From Thermosulfuriphilus ammonigenes (GTDB taxonomy: Bacteria > Desulfobacterota > Thermodesulfobacteria > Thermodesulfobacteriales > ST65), in assembly GCF_011207455.1 (NCBI RefSeq), contig NZ_CP048877.1, forward strand, positions 84,576-116,575: DNA of 32,000 nt, written 5' to 3'. The notes beneath the pieces are model-generated. The model did not search any database, had not been told where the DNA came from, and worked only from the letters and a program-made list of their open reading frames with translations. A program made the translations under genes and the position numbers. Positions 1 through 8,523 of this stretch are shown here, piece after piece (positions within the stretch are counted from its first letter, which is position 1; each line of letters opens with the position of its first letter).

Positions 1-92
1 CTCTGGCTTCGAGGACGAAAAGTCTTCTTTCTGGCGCTAACAGACATGGTCTCTAAAATTTACAAATTTACAAATTTGTTAAAGAATACCCC

Positions 93-116
93 AAAAAAGG
101 CTCCTCGACTAGAGGA
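93..116 (-). terminator. Weak hairpin plus T-run downstream of the ModA-like gene (possible terminator)
   Basis: On the minus strand, TCCTC (116-112), loop tagtc and GAGGA (106-102) are followed by gcc and TTTTTT (98-93). The stem is only 5 bp, which is weak for a thermophile. Confidence 0.3.
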
Positions 117-156
117 AAAGACCCTAATTAGAAACGGCCCCTAAAAAATCTTTCTC

Positions 157-1011
157 TTAAGAGCCGGTAAATTCGGGAACAAATCCGTAGTTGGCGTAAA
201 TTTTTTGGGCCTCACGTCCTTTGATGAAGTTCAGAAATTTCTGGGCCGCCTCGGGGTTTCGGGCCTTTCGGAGGCTGGTAATGTAGTAGTTGACTTTATC
301 CCTTTGATCAAGGGGGGCACCAGGGTCAACCATCTCTAAGGGAAGACCCCGACGCTGGGCCTCAATGACCTCTGTAGCCCAGACCGGACCCACATCACAG
401 ACACCTTCAAGTAGCCGTTTGGGCGTTTCTCGATGATGAACCACCGTAAGAAGGGTGGTGCCAAGGCTCCGTTTCTCCTCCATGATTCTGTGAACCAGCT
501 CCTCTCCGCCGGCCTGTCGATACATTTCGAGGATATAAGTAGCGATGTCTTCAAACTCTGGGTTGGGCTGGCTTATGCGGACATCTTCCCGGGCCAAATC
601 GGCAACTTCTCTTATATCTTTGGGGTTTCCCTGGGGAACCATAAGGACTATTCGGTTATGGAGGTAGATAAAGTAGTCTTCCGGTTGGATAAGGCCAATT
701 TCGCTGAGACGTTCCATAGCTTCAAGGGATACCGAAGCATAAACATCTGGTATTCCAGGGATGAGGCGTCCTTTAAAGAGGGCTCCACCGGCCAGGATCT
801 GTTTGAGTTCCAGTCTTGGAGGAAGGGTTTCATAGAAGATGCGTTTTATCTCGGGGTGCTTTTTCTGGAAGGCCTCAAGGAGTTCTGGCATGACCATGAA
901 TTGATTGCCGGCCACAAAGAGGATCAAGTCTGCCTCTTCGGCCCATTCAAGACCGTGGAGATCATCACCTCGTTCAGATGGTATTTCTGGCAGTTCCCTA
1001 TCTTTGGCCAT
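157..1011 (-). CDS. Periplasmic-binding-protein-fold protein, ModA/oxyanion-binding-like, lacking a signal peptide
   Basis: The track ORF 157..1017 begins at GTG. The ATG at 1011 lies 7 nt after AAAGGAGG and is the better start. The sequence looks like a type-II PBP (LILFVAGNQ, VYASVSLEAM, ISQPNPEFEDIATY, C-terminal AQKFLNFIKGREAQKIYANYGF). The N-terminus MAKDRELPEIPSERGDD is acidic and hydrophilic, so no export signal is present. Confidence 0.6.
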   Translation of the reverse strand: MAKDRELPEIPSERGDDLHGLEWAEEADLILFVAGNQFMVMPELLEAFQKKHPEIKRIFYETLPPRLELKQILAGGALFKGRLIPGIPDVYASVSLEAMERLSEIGLIQPEDYFIYLHNRIVLMVPQGNPKDIREVADLAREDVRISQPNPEFEDIATYILEMYRQAGGEELVHRIMEEKRSLGTTLLTVVHHRETPKRLLEGVCDVGPVWATEVIEAQRRGLPLEMVDPGAPLDQRDKVNYYITSLRKARNPEAAQKFLNFIKGREAQKIYANYGFVPEFTGS

Positions 1012-1041
1012 CCTCACACCTCCTTTGGGGGATGGCCTATT

Positions 1042-3351
1042 TTAGTAAAAAACCTTACCCTTTGTCAGGCACCTTTTTACACGACAGTTATGAAGATGTT
1101 TGCGAATGAAGCCGATCAGGTGCCTTTGAGTAAAGGGTTTTTGAATAAAACCATCGGCGCCGAGGGAGAGGAGCTTCTTGGCCGGGCCGTCGCTGGAGTA
1201 GCCAGTACAGATGATGATTTTGGCCTCAGGGGCCGCCTCGCGGAGGAGGGGGTAGAGATCCACGCCGTCCATCTCTGGCATGGCGATATCAAGAAGGATG
1301 AGGGCCGGCTTCTTACCCGTCAAATATAGGGCTTCACGAGCATTCTGGGCCGTGTCCACCAGAAAGCCGAAAGGCTCCAAATATTCTTTGATGACCTCAA
1401 GAACCGCGGGATCATCGTCTACTACTAAAATGCGGCAGACATCCCCCTCTTTTTCTTCCAGTTCTTCGGCTCTGTGCTGAACGGCTGTCTGAGGATCAAG
1501 ACTGGGAAGATAAACGAAGAAAGATGTTCCCTTACCCGGCGTGGAATCCACCTGGATATAACCACCATGGTTGGAGATGATTCCATAGACGGCGGCCAGC
1601 CCAAGCCCTCTTCCGGTAAACTTGGTGGTGAAAAAAGGTTCAAAAATATTGGCTAAAGTCTCTTGATCCATACCATGGCCGGTATCTGTAACCTCTAAGA
1701 TAACATAGCGCCCCGGGGAAATATCTCCACACGGGGTATCAAGAGAGCTATTGAAAGTCCGCACGGTCAAGCGACCGCCATTTTCCATGGCCTCTACCGC
1801 GTTGATGATCAGGTTCATAACAACCTGGGCCATCTGAGAGGGATCAGCATAGATTGGCCACAGATCGGGTTCTAAATCTACTTCTAGTTCCACGTTATGG
1901 CCGATGGAACGTTCATTAAGTTTGATAACATCCCGCACAGTTTCGTTGAGGTTTATGACCCGGGGAGCATATTTTCCCCCCCGGGCATAGGCCAGAAGCT
2001 GTTGGGCAAGGCCACTGGCCTGCATGGCGGAGGTAATGATCTTGTCGGCCCGGTCGGCCAGTGGAGAGTCCGAGGGAAGGGCCAACCTGAGGAGTTCGGC
2101 CTGTCCTAATACGGCGGTCATGAGGTTGTTGAGATCGTGAGCCACCCCGCCGGCTAGTCGGGCAATGGATTCCATCTTCTGGGTTTGAAGAATGCGTTCT
2201 TCAAGCTCCTTTCTGCTGGTGATGTCCCGATTACTTCCCCGGATTCCTAAATAACGCCCGTCTTTTCCGTAGACGGGATGGCAGACGTGACCAATCCACC
2301 GCTCGCTTCCATCGGCCCGGATGATGCGGAAGTCTATCTCTTCGGGCTCTCCCGGGGAGGTTCTTTTGGCCCGTCGATGCTCCTGGACTTTTAACCAGTC
2401 ATCAGGATGGATGATGCGATCATAGAGTTCGTGGTCCCTTAAAAAGGCCTCTGGCGGATAACCGGTAATCCGCTCGCAGGCTGGCGAAACATAGATAAAA
2501 TGGCCATCTGGGGCCCGCCAGTACTCCCAGTCGTAAGTAAATTCGGCTACCGTTCGAAAGCGTTCTTCGCTTTCTTTAATGGCCTCTTCTCGTCGGCGGA
2601 GGTCCTCGACCATATTATTGAAGGTCTGAATAAGTTCGGCGATCTCGCCAGTGACATTGTCTTCCGGTACCCGGACATCGAAGTCTCCAGAGCGAAGCTT
2701 TCTGGCTCCATCCACCAGGCGTTTAAGAGGAGAGGCGATCTGTCGGGCCTGATAATAGGCCAGAAGGGCGGCCAGGGCGGCCATAAGGGTATAAGTCCCG
2801 ACAACTAGAGCTAGAAATTCCTTATAGTAGCCAAGAAAGTGCTCCAGAGATAGATCAACCCGCACAAAACCCAGAAGCTCTGGAGGCGATTCGGTGAGCT
2901 CTTCAGACAGAGGAGAAGAGCGTACCGGCTCAAGGAAGATTCTGATTCTTTTCATTCGTGGTTCAAAGTAATCAATGCTGTTTTCTATATCTTTGAAGTC
3001 CTCCAGCATGAGAACCGGGTCTTTATACCTGGTTTTTTTCTTTACAAAGACTACTTGCCCATCTTTGTTGTAGATGACTACCCCGAGGACGCTTTCATCT
3101 TTAAAAAGACCTTTTATAGGGCTGTCGAGATAATCAGATATTCCAGTGAGCAGGGCCACCTCGGCAGGTTGCTGAAGATAATGAAGTATATAGCGTCCCA
3201 TACGTTCTACCAGGATGTCGGCCTGCTTTCGCAAAAGATAGGGGGTAAAGATGGTGGAAAAGAGGGCTCCGGCTACTAAAAAGATGAGATAGCTTATCAG
3301 AAGCTTGGTGCGGCAGCTGTTACTTTTAAAAAGGCTAAAAATATTTTTCAT
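1042..3351 (-). CDS. Hybrid sensor histidine kinase (TM - extracytoplasmic loop - TM - HAMP - PAS - HisKA - HATPase - receiver)
   Basis: 769-aa ORF. TM1 is LLISYLIFLVAGALFSTIF, followed by a loop of about 150 aa and TM2 LALVVGTYTLMAALAALLAYY. HAMP (SPLKRLVDGARKLRSGDFDVRV...IQTFNNMVEDL) and PAS (FRTVAEFTYDWEYWRAPDG...NRDITSRKELEE) follow. The H-box is GGVAHDLNNLMTAV and the ATPase boxes are NLIINAVEAM, DTGHGM and GRGLGLAAV. The C-terminal REC domain is ILVVDDDP...LILLDIAMPEMDG...IQKP. The ATG overlaps the upstream stop as ATGA at 3348-3351. Confidence 0.9.
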   Translation of the reverse strand: MKNIFSLFKSNSCRTKLLISYLIFLVAGALFSTIFTPYLLRKQADILVERMGRYILHYLQQPAEVALLTGISDYLDSPIKGLFKDESVLGVVIYNKDGQVVFVKKKTRYKDPVLMLEDFKDIENSIDYFEPRMKRIRIFLEPVRSSPLSEELTESPPELLGFVRVDLSLEHFLGYYKEFLALVVGTYTLMAALAALLAYYQARQIASPLKRLVDGARKLRSGDFDVRVPEDNVTGEIAELIQTFNNMVEDLRRREEAIKESEERFRTVAEFTYDWEYWRAPDGHFIYVSPACERITGYPPEAFLRDHELYDRIIHPDDWLKVQEHRRAKRTSPGEPEEIDFRIIRADGSERWIGHVCHPVYGKDGRYLGIRGSNRDITSRKELEERILQTQKMESIARLAGGVAHDLNNLMTAVLGQAELLRLALPSDSPLADRADKIITSAMQASGLAQQLLAYARGGKYAPRVINLNETVRDVIKLNERSIGHNVELEVDLEPDLWPIYADPSQMAQVVMNLIINAVEAMENGGRLTVRTFNSSLDTPCGDISPGRYVILEVTDTGHGMDQETLANIFEPFFTTKFTGRGLGLAAVYGIISNHGGYIQVDSTPGKGTSFFVYLPSLDPQTAVQHRAEELEEKEGDVCRILVVDDDPAVLEVIKEYLEPFGFLVDTAQNAREALYLTGKKPALILLDIAMPEMDGVDLYPLLREAAPEAKIIICTGYSSDGPAKKLLSLGADGFIQKPFTQRHLIGFIRKHLHNCRVKRCLTKGKVFY

Positions 3352-4217
3352 TTAGAAATAATTTCTGGCTCCGGGAAAACTTCGGTCTTCAGCCCCATAA
3401 ATTTTAAGGTCTTTTCGTTTATATGGACTTTATACGGAATCTCCGGACAAACAAGCCTTCCAGTTTTAAAGTAATCCTTTAAAACCTTTCGGCACTGAGA
3501 GAGAAGAAACTCAAAATCGTAGTCCACTGAGAGGAGGGCTCCCAGGCGAACAGTACTCCGAGAAGGACCGATGATAGGTTTTTTGTAAATAAACCCCTGG
3601 CGAATGATATTTTCAAAAACTGCCCGGCGTAGGAGTAGGGGATCAGGTAGCAGAAGGAAGGCCTCACATTCTTTAATGACTTCAGAGACAGCCCGAATGA
3701 TCTCCTCAGGCCCGGCACGGCGCGAAATTAATTCTATTCCTAGTGTCTGGGCCGCCCTTTCGGCCTCTTTATAATAAATCTGGCTCCTGGATGTATATAT
3801 GAGACCTATTCTTTTGAACTGGGGAAATATTTGATGGACTTTTTCCAATACTAAAGAAGGAGGCGTAAAAAGTCTGACCTCACAGTCTCTATTCTTTTGG
3901 GCTTCCTGAATAATCAGGGGATTGGAAATCAAAAGAAGAATCTTACGGGAGCTAAGGGCCTGGCAGTTGTAAGAGGCTAGGTCACCCAAGGCAATGACTA
4001 AGGAAGGGGTAATTCCCCCCAAACGGCTCTGGTTTCCCTTGTTTCGACTATCGAGGGCCAAGAGATGTATTCGGTCGCCGAATTCTCCTTCAATCGTCTG
4101 GGCTATTTTCTGGTAAAGGGCGACGTCCTTTCGATAGACAATCAAAATCTCTTCAGCTGCTTGAGAGGAGCAGACCAGAGAGAACAAGAATACAGGCAGA
4201 AGAATCCGTAAAATCAT
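3348..4217 (-). CDS. Orphan periplasmic substrate-binding protein (ABC_sub_bind / PF04392-like) with signal peptide
   Basis: The track ORF extends to 4241. The ATG at 4217 shares one base with the receptor stop (TGATG) and gives a clean signal peptide, MILRILLPVFLFSLVCSSQA/AEE. The body resembles the BMP/PF04392 binding-protein family (RIGLIYTSRS, AFLLLPDPLL, GALLSVDYDF). No permease or ATPase gene is adjacent. Confidence 0.65.
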   Translation of the reverse strand: MILRILLPVFLFSLVCSSQAAEEILIVYRKDVALYQKIAQTIEGEFGDRIHLLALDSRNKGNQSRLGGITPSLVIALGDLASYNCQALSSRKILLLISNPLIIQEAQKNRDCEVRLFTPPSLVLEKVHQIFPQFKRIGLIYTSRSQIYYKEAERAAQTLGIELISRRAGPEEIIRAVSEVIKECEAFLLLPDPLLLRRAVFENIIRQGFIYKKPIIGPSRSTVRLGALLSVDYDFEFLLSQCRKVLKDYFKTGRLVCPEIPYKVHINEKTLKFMGLKTEVFPEPEIISK

Positions 4218-6265
4218 CAAAAAGTCCAGCTCAGGCGGCAATCAATGGTCCTTCCTGGCCGCAGAAAGTCATCGGGAAAGCGATTGTTGGGATCCGGATA
4301 GCGATAGTGTTTATCAAATAGGTTGTGGACAGAAAGGCTGATCTCCCAATGGGGTTTGAGGAACCGGAAACATACATCTGTAATCCAGTAGGATCCCAGC
4401 CCTGTTCCTATCCTTTGGCCAACATAATTGACCGTAAAGTTAAGGTTCATGGTGGGACGGAGACGCCAGTTGAAAATCATCGTTCCCAGGTCCCTAGCAG
4501 ACCCTGTAAGAGGCGTATGATCCTTATAACGGCTGTCTTGATAAGAGTAGTTCAGTTTTAAATAGTTAAATCTCCCTAGCCCCCAGCGGAGGCGACCTTC
4601 AAGTTCCACACCGACGGTTCTGGCCCGGGCCCGGTTTTCAAAAAGGGTAGTCTGGGGATTAACCATGATTAGATCCTTATAGTCATGGCGAAAGAAAGTG
4701 GTCGAAAGGCTCAGATCGCTAAAAGGGAGATACTCAAGGGCTAGCTCATAGGCCACCATATGCTCTGCATCCAGGTTTGGATTTCCCTTTCGGGGGGACT
4801 CCACGCAGCTTTGGAGATAAAGTTCACAGAAGGAGGGGGCCCTAAGACCATGTCCATAGAGAAACTTGACAAAGGTCTTTGAGGTGGGGCTGATAACTAA
4901 CCCCCCTCTTAAGCTAAGGTCCCGGCCAACGTCATCATAGTAGTCAAACCGTCCTCCCAGGGTAAGTCGGGCCCAATAGACAGGGCTCCATTCTTCTTGG
5001 AGGTAAACAGAGGTGTGGAAGCGATCGGCCCCTTTAATCCAGGGATAGGGGACCTCACGAAGATATGGAAAATTATTGGTCAGACAATAGTTACTCAGGG
5101 TGCGAATCTGACCCAGGCTACTTTGATTGGCCTCTAGACCAAGGGTGATCCGGTGGCCACTTAAGCGGCTGGTTAGCCGCCCCTCTAAACCGTATTCTTG
5201 AATCTGAGCCCTTCTTTCCCGCCGCCAACCATAGGGATAGGTGGTTCCCTGGACCGTTATCCCCGGTGGATAATAGTCCAAAAAGTGTTGATACCAGAGG
5301 TGGCTAGAATATATGCCCAGTCGGGCCTCAAAAGGGCCAAAATGATCCTCGTAGCGAAGCCTACCCCAGAGAAATTTACGGGTTGGCCGGGTACCATTGG
5401 TTCTAGTGACAGCCCCACTGTAGTTGTAATAACCACCATCGGCATGATTTAGATACTGGGCCTCTAAGATAAAAGGTCCCCGCCTTAAACCGGCATAGAT
5501 CTCCCAACGTCTGAACCACTCCTGACTACGTCCTGGTACCTGGGAGACAGTTTGGTTGGTGGGATCCTGGCTTAGATAATCACGAAAGATGGGAAGATTG
5601 GCTCCGTTACTGTCTCGATAACTAAAGCTTCCCCAAAATCTTGTCTGGCCATCTCCTTGAGCCCCGGTAAAAAATATCTCGTCAGAGTCAAAGCTTCCTC
5701 GCCGATAGGAGACCTTGGGGGAGGGGGAGCGGGAGAGGATGATATTTACTACTCCGACAAAGGCATCAGAGCCATAAAGGGCAGAGCCGGGCCCCCTGAT
5801 TATCTCTACTCGGTCAATGGCCTCTACCGAAAGATCGGCAAAAAAGAACGTCCCGCCGGCGATAATGGGGCTATTTACCGGTTGGCCATTGATGAGGAAT
5901 TTGACACTCTTGCTCCCAAAGGAGTTGATCCCCCTCATCGTGATCACCGGCAGGCCGATACTATCCAGAGAGACCTCAAGATCCGGGACTGTCCGCAAAA
6001 CATCAAGGAGATTGCGGGCCCCCATGTTGCGAATCTCCTCAGCCGAGATTACGGTTACGGTTGCCGGGGCTAGATATCGCTCTTGGATATAACCAGTGGC
6101 CACCTCGGCCACATCCAAAAAGAGCAGTTCCTGGCAGGCGATTTCCTCCTTCTGGGAGGGGGAACAGATGTCTTTTCCGGCAAGGCTGAAATAAGGGAAG
6201 AAAAGAATTGATATTAGCGTTGTCAGGAATATATAAATCCTGTGGTTTGCCATTTTATTAAACAT
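4217..6265 (-). CDS. TonB-dependent outer-membrane receptor
   Basis: 682-aa ORF with a signal peptide (FFPYFSLA/GKD). Plug-domain motifs are TVISAEEIRNMGARNLLDVLRTVPDL, ITMRGINS and IDRVEIIRGPGSALYGSDAFVGVVNII. A long Tyr/Gly/Arg-rich barrel region follows, and the protein ends in an aromatic residue (RLSWTF). Confidence 0.9.
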   Translation of the reverse strand: MFNKMANHRIYIFLTTLISILFFPYFSLAGKDICSPSQKEEIACQELLFLDVAEVATGYIQERYLAPATVTVISAEEIRNMGARNLLDVLRTVPDLEVSLDSIGLPVITMRGINSFGSKSVKFLINGQPVNSPIIAGGTFFFADLSVEAIDRVEIIRGPGSALYGSDAFVGVVNIILSRSPSPKVSYRRGSFDSDEIFFTGAQGDGQTRFWGSFSYRDSNGANLPIFRDYLSQDPTNQTVSQVPGRSQEWFRRWEIYAGLRRGPFILEAQYLNHADGGYYNYSGAVTRTNGTRPTRKFLWGRLRYEDHFGPFEARLGIYSSHLWYQHFLDYYPPGITVQGTTYPYGWRRERRAQIQEYGLEGRLTSRLSGHRITLGLEANQSSLGQIRTLSNYCLTNNFPYLREVPYPWIKGADRFHTSVYLQEEWSPVYWARLTLGGRFDYYDDVGRDLSLRGGLVISPTSKTFVKFLYGHGLRAPSFCELYLQSCVESPRKGNPNLDAEHMVAYELALEYLPFSDLSLSTTFFRHDYKDLIMVNPQTTLFENRARARTVGVELEGRLRWGLGRFNYLKLNYSYQDSRYKDHTPLTGSARDLGTMIFNWRLRPTMNLNFTVNYVGQRIGTGLGSYWITDVCFRFLKPHWEISLSVHNLFDKHYRYPDPNNRFPDDFLRPGRTIDCRLSWTF

Positions 6266-6424
6266 TTTAATTTTACATTATTTGTAACTCACAAAGAAAC
6301 TCCTTTCAACTCATCTTAAGTAAGCTCTTTTTGTATAAGTCGGTTTCAATAAGATATAACTTAAGAGGAAAATATCATATTTGTTCTTCTAACCTCAAAA
6401 ATGGTGAATCAAAGCTTTCTGGAT

Positions 6425-7507
6425 TCAGAGAGGTTGGTAAGTTAGCGGCAGACGATTAAGGAGGAGACCTTCTTCCCTTCGGACTACAACCATATTCTCT
6501 AATCTTACGCCTCCCCAGTCAGGGATATATATTCCCGGCTCGATGGTCACTACCGCGCCTTCTTTAAGCTTCCGGCGGCAGCGACTTGAGATGGCTGGAG
6601 CCTCGTGAATGGCCAAGCCCACTCCGTGGCCCAGAGAATGGATGAAGTATCTTCCAAGGCCTGCTTTTTTGATCACCTCACGGGCAGCGGCGTCTATTAC
6701 TCGAGCCGGGACTTTGGCTTTGATAGCCTTCTGGGCTGTCTCCTGGGCTTCGGCTACCAAGTAGTAGATATGTCGGTATTTGTCATCAGGCTGGAGACAA
6801 TAGCTTCGAGTAATATCAGAACAGTAGCCTGAGAACTTAACTCCCATATCAATAATGATTGGATCTTTTAAGGTCAGTCTTCTCGAACTTGGTTCGGCAT
6901 GAGGCCGGGCCGCGTTTTCTCCAAAGGCCACAATGGGAGGAAATGAAGGCCCTTCTGCCCTTTGAAAAGAGGCCTCGATGATCTTCCAGGCGATTTCTTT
7001 TTCACTTACTCCCGGCTTAAGCGCCTGACCGATATCCCGCAGAATGTCTTCGGCAATCTTTAAGGCCCGATTAATCTTTTCTATCTCCTCTTCTGTCTTG
7101 GCCTCTCTGAGCCGTTCAATTATCCCTTGGCAACCCACCAATCTCACCCCGGTAAGGCCAGCTTCGAGGGCCTTTTTTAGAGCGCAGCTGACAAAATCCT
7201 CCTCATAGGCTAAAGCCTTAAGGCCTTCTTTTTTGACCAGGCGAGCCAATTCCCTGACCACTCCCTTTTTGTAGATTATGGAAACAAAGGGGGGGAGAAT
7301 CTCCTTGGCCTCTTCAATAAAACGTCCATCAGTGAGGAGATAGGCACTCTGGTGGCTGATAAGGAGACATCCTGAAGATTCGGTTATAGAGGTATCGGGA
7401 GGGGTAAATCCAGACAAATAGCGTCTGTTCTCTGGCCCTCTTACCAAAAGGGCGTCAAGCCTTCGTGCTTTCAGCCAGCGACGTATCTTCTTGAGGGCGC
7501 TTTCCAT
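6425..7507 (-). CDS. M24-family Xaa-Pro aminopeptidase/dipeptidase
   Basis: 360-aa ORF. The creatinase/prolidase-type N-domain (LDALLVRGPENRRYLSGF) precedes a pita-bread domain with metal-ligand contexts DMGVKFSGYCSDITR, HSLGHGVGLAIHE, VVTIEPGIY and RLENMVVV. Confidence 0.85.
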   Translation of the reverse strand: MESALKKIRRWLKARRLDALLVRGPENRRYLSGFTPPDTSITESSGCLLISHQSAYLLTDGRFIEEAKEILPPFVSIIYKKGVVRELARLVKKEGLKALAYEEDFVSCALKKALEAGLTGVRLVGCQGIIERLREAKTEEEIEKINRALKIAEDILRDIGQALKPGVSEKEIAWKIIEASFQRAEGPSFPPIVAFGENAARPHAEPSSRRLTLKDPIIIDMGVKFSGYCSDITRSYCLQPDDKYRHIYYLVAEAQETAQKAIKAKVPARVIDAAAREVIKKAGLGRYFIHSLGHGVGLAIHEAPAISSRCRRKLKEGAVVTIEPGIYIPDWGGVRLENMVVVRREEGLLLNRLPLTYQPL

Positions 7508-7517
7508 AAATGGCCTC

Positions 7518-8285
7518 CTAGACCTCTAAATGCAGACCATCATGAGCGGCCATGACCGGTATCCCCAGTTCCCAGGTAAGCTCGTCGGCTACTTTTTCTG
7601 GTCTGGCCCGGAGCATAGTCATACCAAAGTGGGTAAGCACCGCTCTCTGGGGAGCAATTTCCTTAAGAAGCCTTTTAACATCGGCTATATGGAGGTGCTC
7701 CAGAAGATATCCTTTAGGAGGATGATAGCGGACAACGTTGATCACCAGAGTTTTAACTCCTAGGTAACTGGCAGCTAGTCCCTTAAAATAGGCGGTATCT
7801 ACTAAAAAGCCCACCTTATGGCCGGAGAAGTCAAAGATCAGCCCATAGGTTTCTACCGGATGCCGGTGTCTGACCGAGGTCCAGAAGGAAATATTCCCCA
7901 AGAGGTAGCTAGTTTCAGCCTGAAGAATCTCTATCCTTTCTAGATTATTTCTTAGGTATCTCAGGATGACGGGATTGTCACCCTCCAGACAATCCCGGGG
8001 GCAAAAAAGGGCTCCAGCCTTCCTTAGCCCTCCCTGGTTTATGGCATCAAGAAGAATATTGGCGTCATTAGAGTGATCTAGGTGGGCATGGCTTAAAATG
8101 AGACCATCCAATTTGGTGACGTCAATGGCCGGCCTTACCCGGGCACAGCGGACAAGGGTTCCCGGCCCAGGATCCAGGATAAGAGATGTCCCCTCATGAG
8201 AAATATAAATTCCAGCCGAGTAACGGAGCTGTCGGGCAACTACAAATCGCCCCCCGGCGGTGCCCAGAAATTTAATAAAGGCCAT
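7518..8285 (-). CDS. MBL-fold metallo-hydrolase
   Basis: 255-aa ORF. It starts FLGTAGG, carries the HxHxDH motif (LSHAHLDHS), and has later His/Asp ligand positions (VDTAY, LTHFG). Confidence 0.8.
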   Translation of the reverse strand: MAFIKFLGTAGGRFVVARQLRYSAGIYISHEGTSLILDPGPGTLVRCARVRPAIDVTKLDGLILSHAHLDHSNDANILLDAINQGGLRKAGALFCPRDCLEGDNPVILRYLRNNLERIEILQAETSYLLGNISFWTSVRHRHPVETYGLIFDFSGHKVGFLVDTAYFKGLAASYLGVKTLVINVVRYHPPKGYLLEHLHIADVKRLLKEIAPQRAVLTHFGMTMLRARPEKVADELTWELGIPVMAAHDGLHLEV

Positions 8286-8346
8286 GGCTTCTTTTAGACA
8301 GAAACCCTATTAAAGACAAGTTTAAGGAGATCTGAAAGGGGGAGGC

Positions 8347-8374
8347 GAGCGGGGCGGGGGGAGTCGCCCCGCTC
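8347..8374. other. Very stable GC-rich hairpin in the divergent spacer between the MBL hydrolase and reverse gyrase genes
   Basis: GAGCGGGGCG (8347-8356) and CGCCCCGCTC (8365-8374) are exact reverse complements. This gives a 10-bp stem (9 G:C pairs) with an 8-nt loop, gggggagt. No T-run follows on either strand. Confidence 0.5.
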
Positions 8375-8523
8375 TCTAAGGGGCTGTTGGGTGCTTGCCT
8401 TTGTTTCTGATAAGAAAGCAGACTCCGTGCCACTTTTATTCTGTTTAAGGTAACCTTGAGGAGGTCTCTTTGCCGGAAATAATTCTTGATAAGGCCTTTC
8501 TGACTGTCAGCCTTTTGACAGAG

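Noticed and set aside
1-144. Open plus-strand frame from the window edge to TAA at 142-144, and a minus-strand ATG at 47 leading out of the window
   Set aside because: Both are too short and carry no recognisable motifs. Neither can be supported without sequence beyond the window.
433-1329. 298-aa plus-strand ORF spanning the ModA-like gene and the 3' end of the hybrid kinase
   Set aside because: It lies entirely antisense to two ORFs with clear family motifs. Its own sequence has no recognisable motif and no RBS. It is a typical shadow ORF in moderately GC-rich coding DNA.
5657-6092. 138-aa and 91-aa plus-strand ORFs inside the TonB-dependent receptor gene
   Set aside because: They are antisense to the well-supported plug domain and have no motifs of their own.
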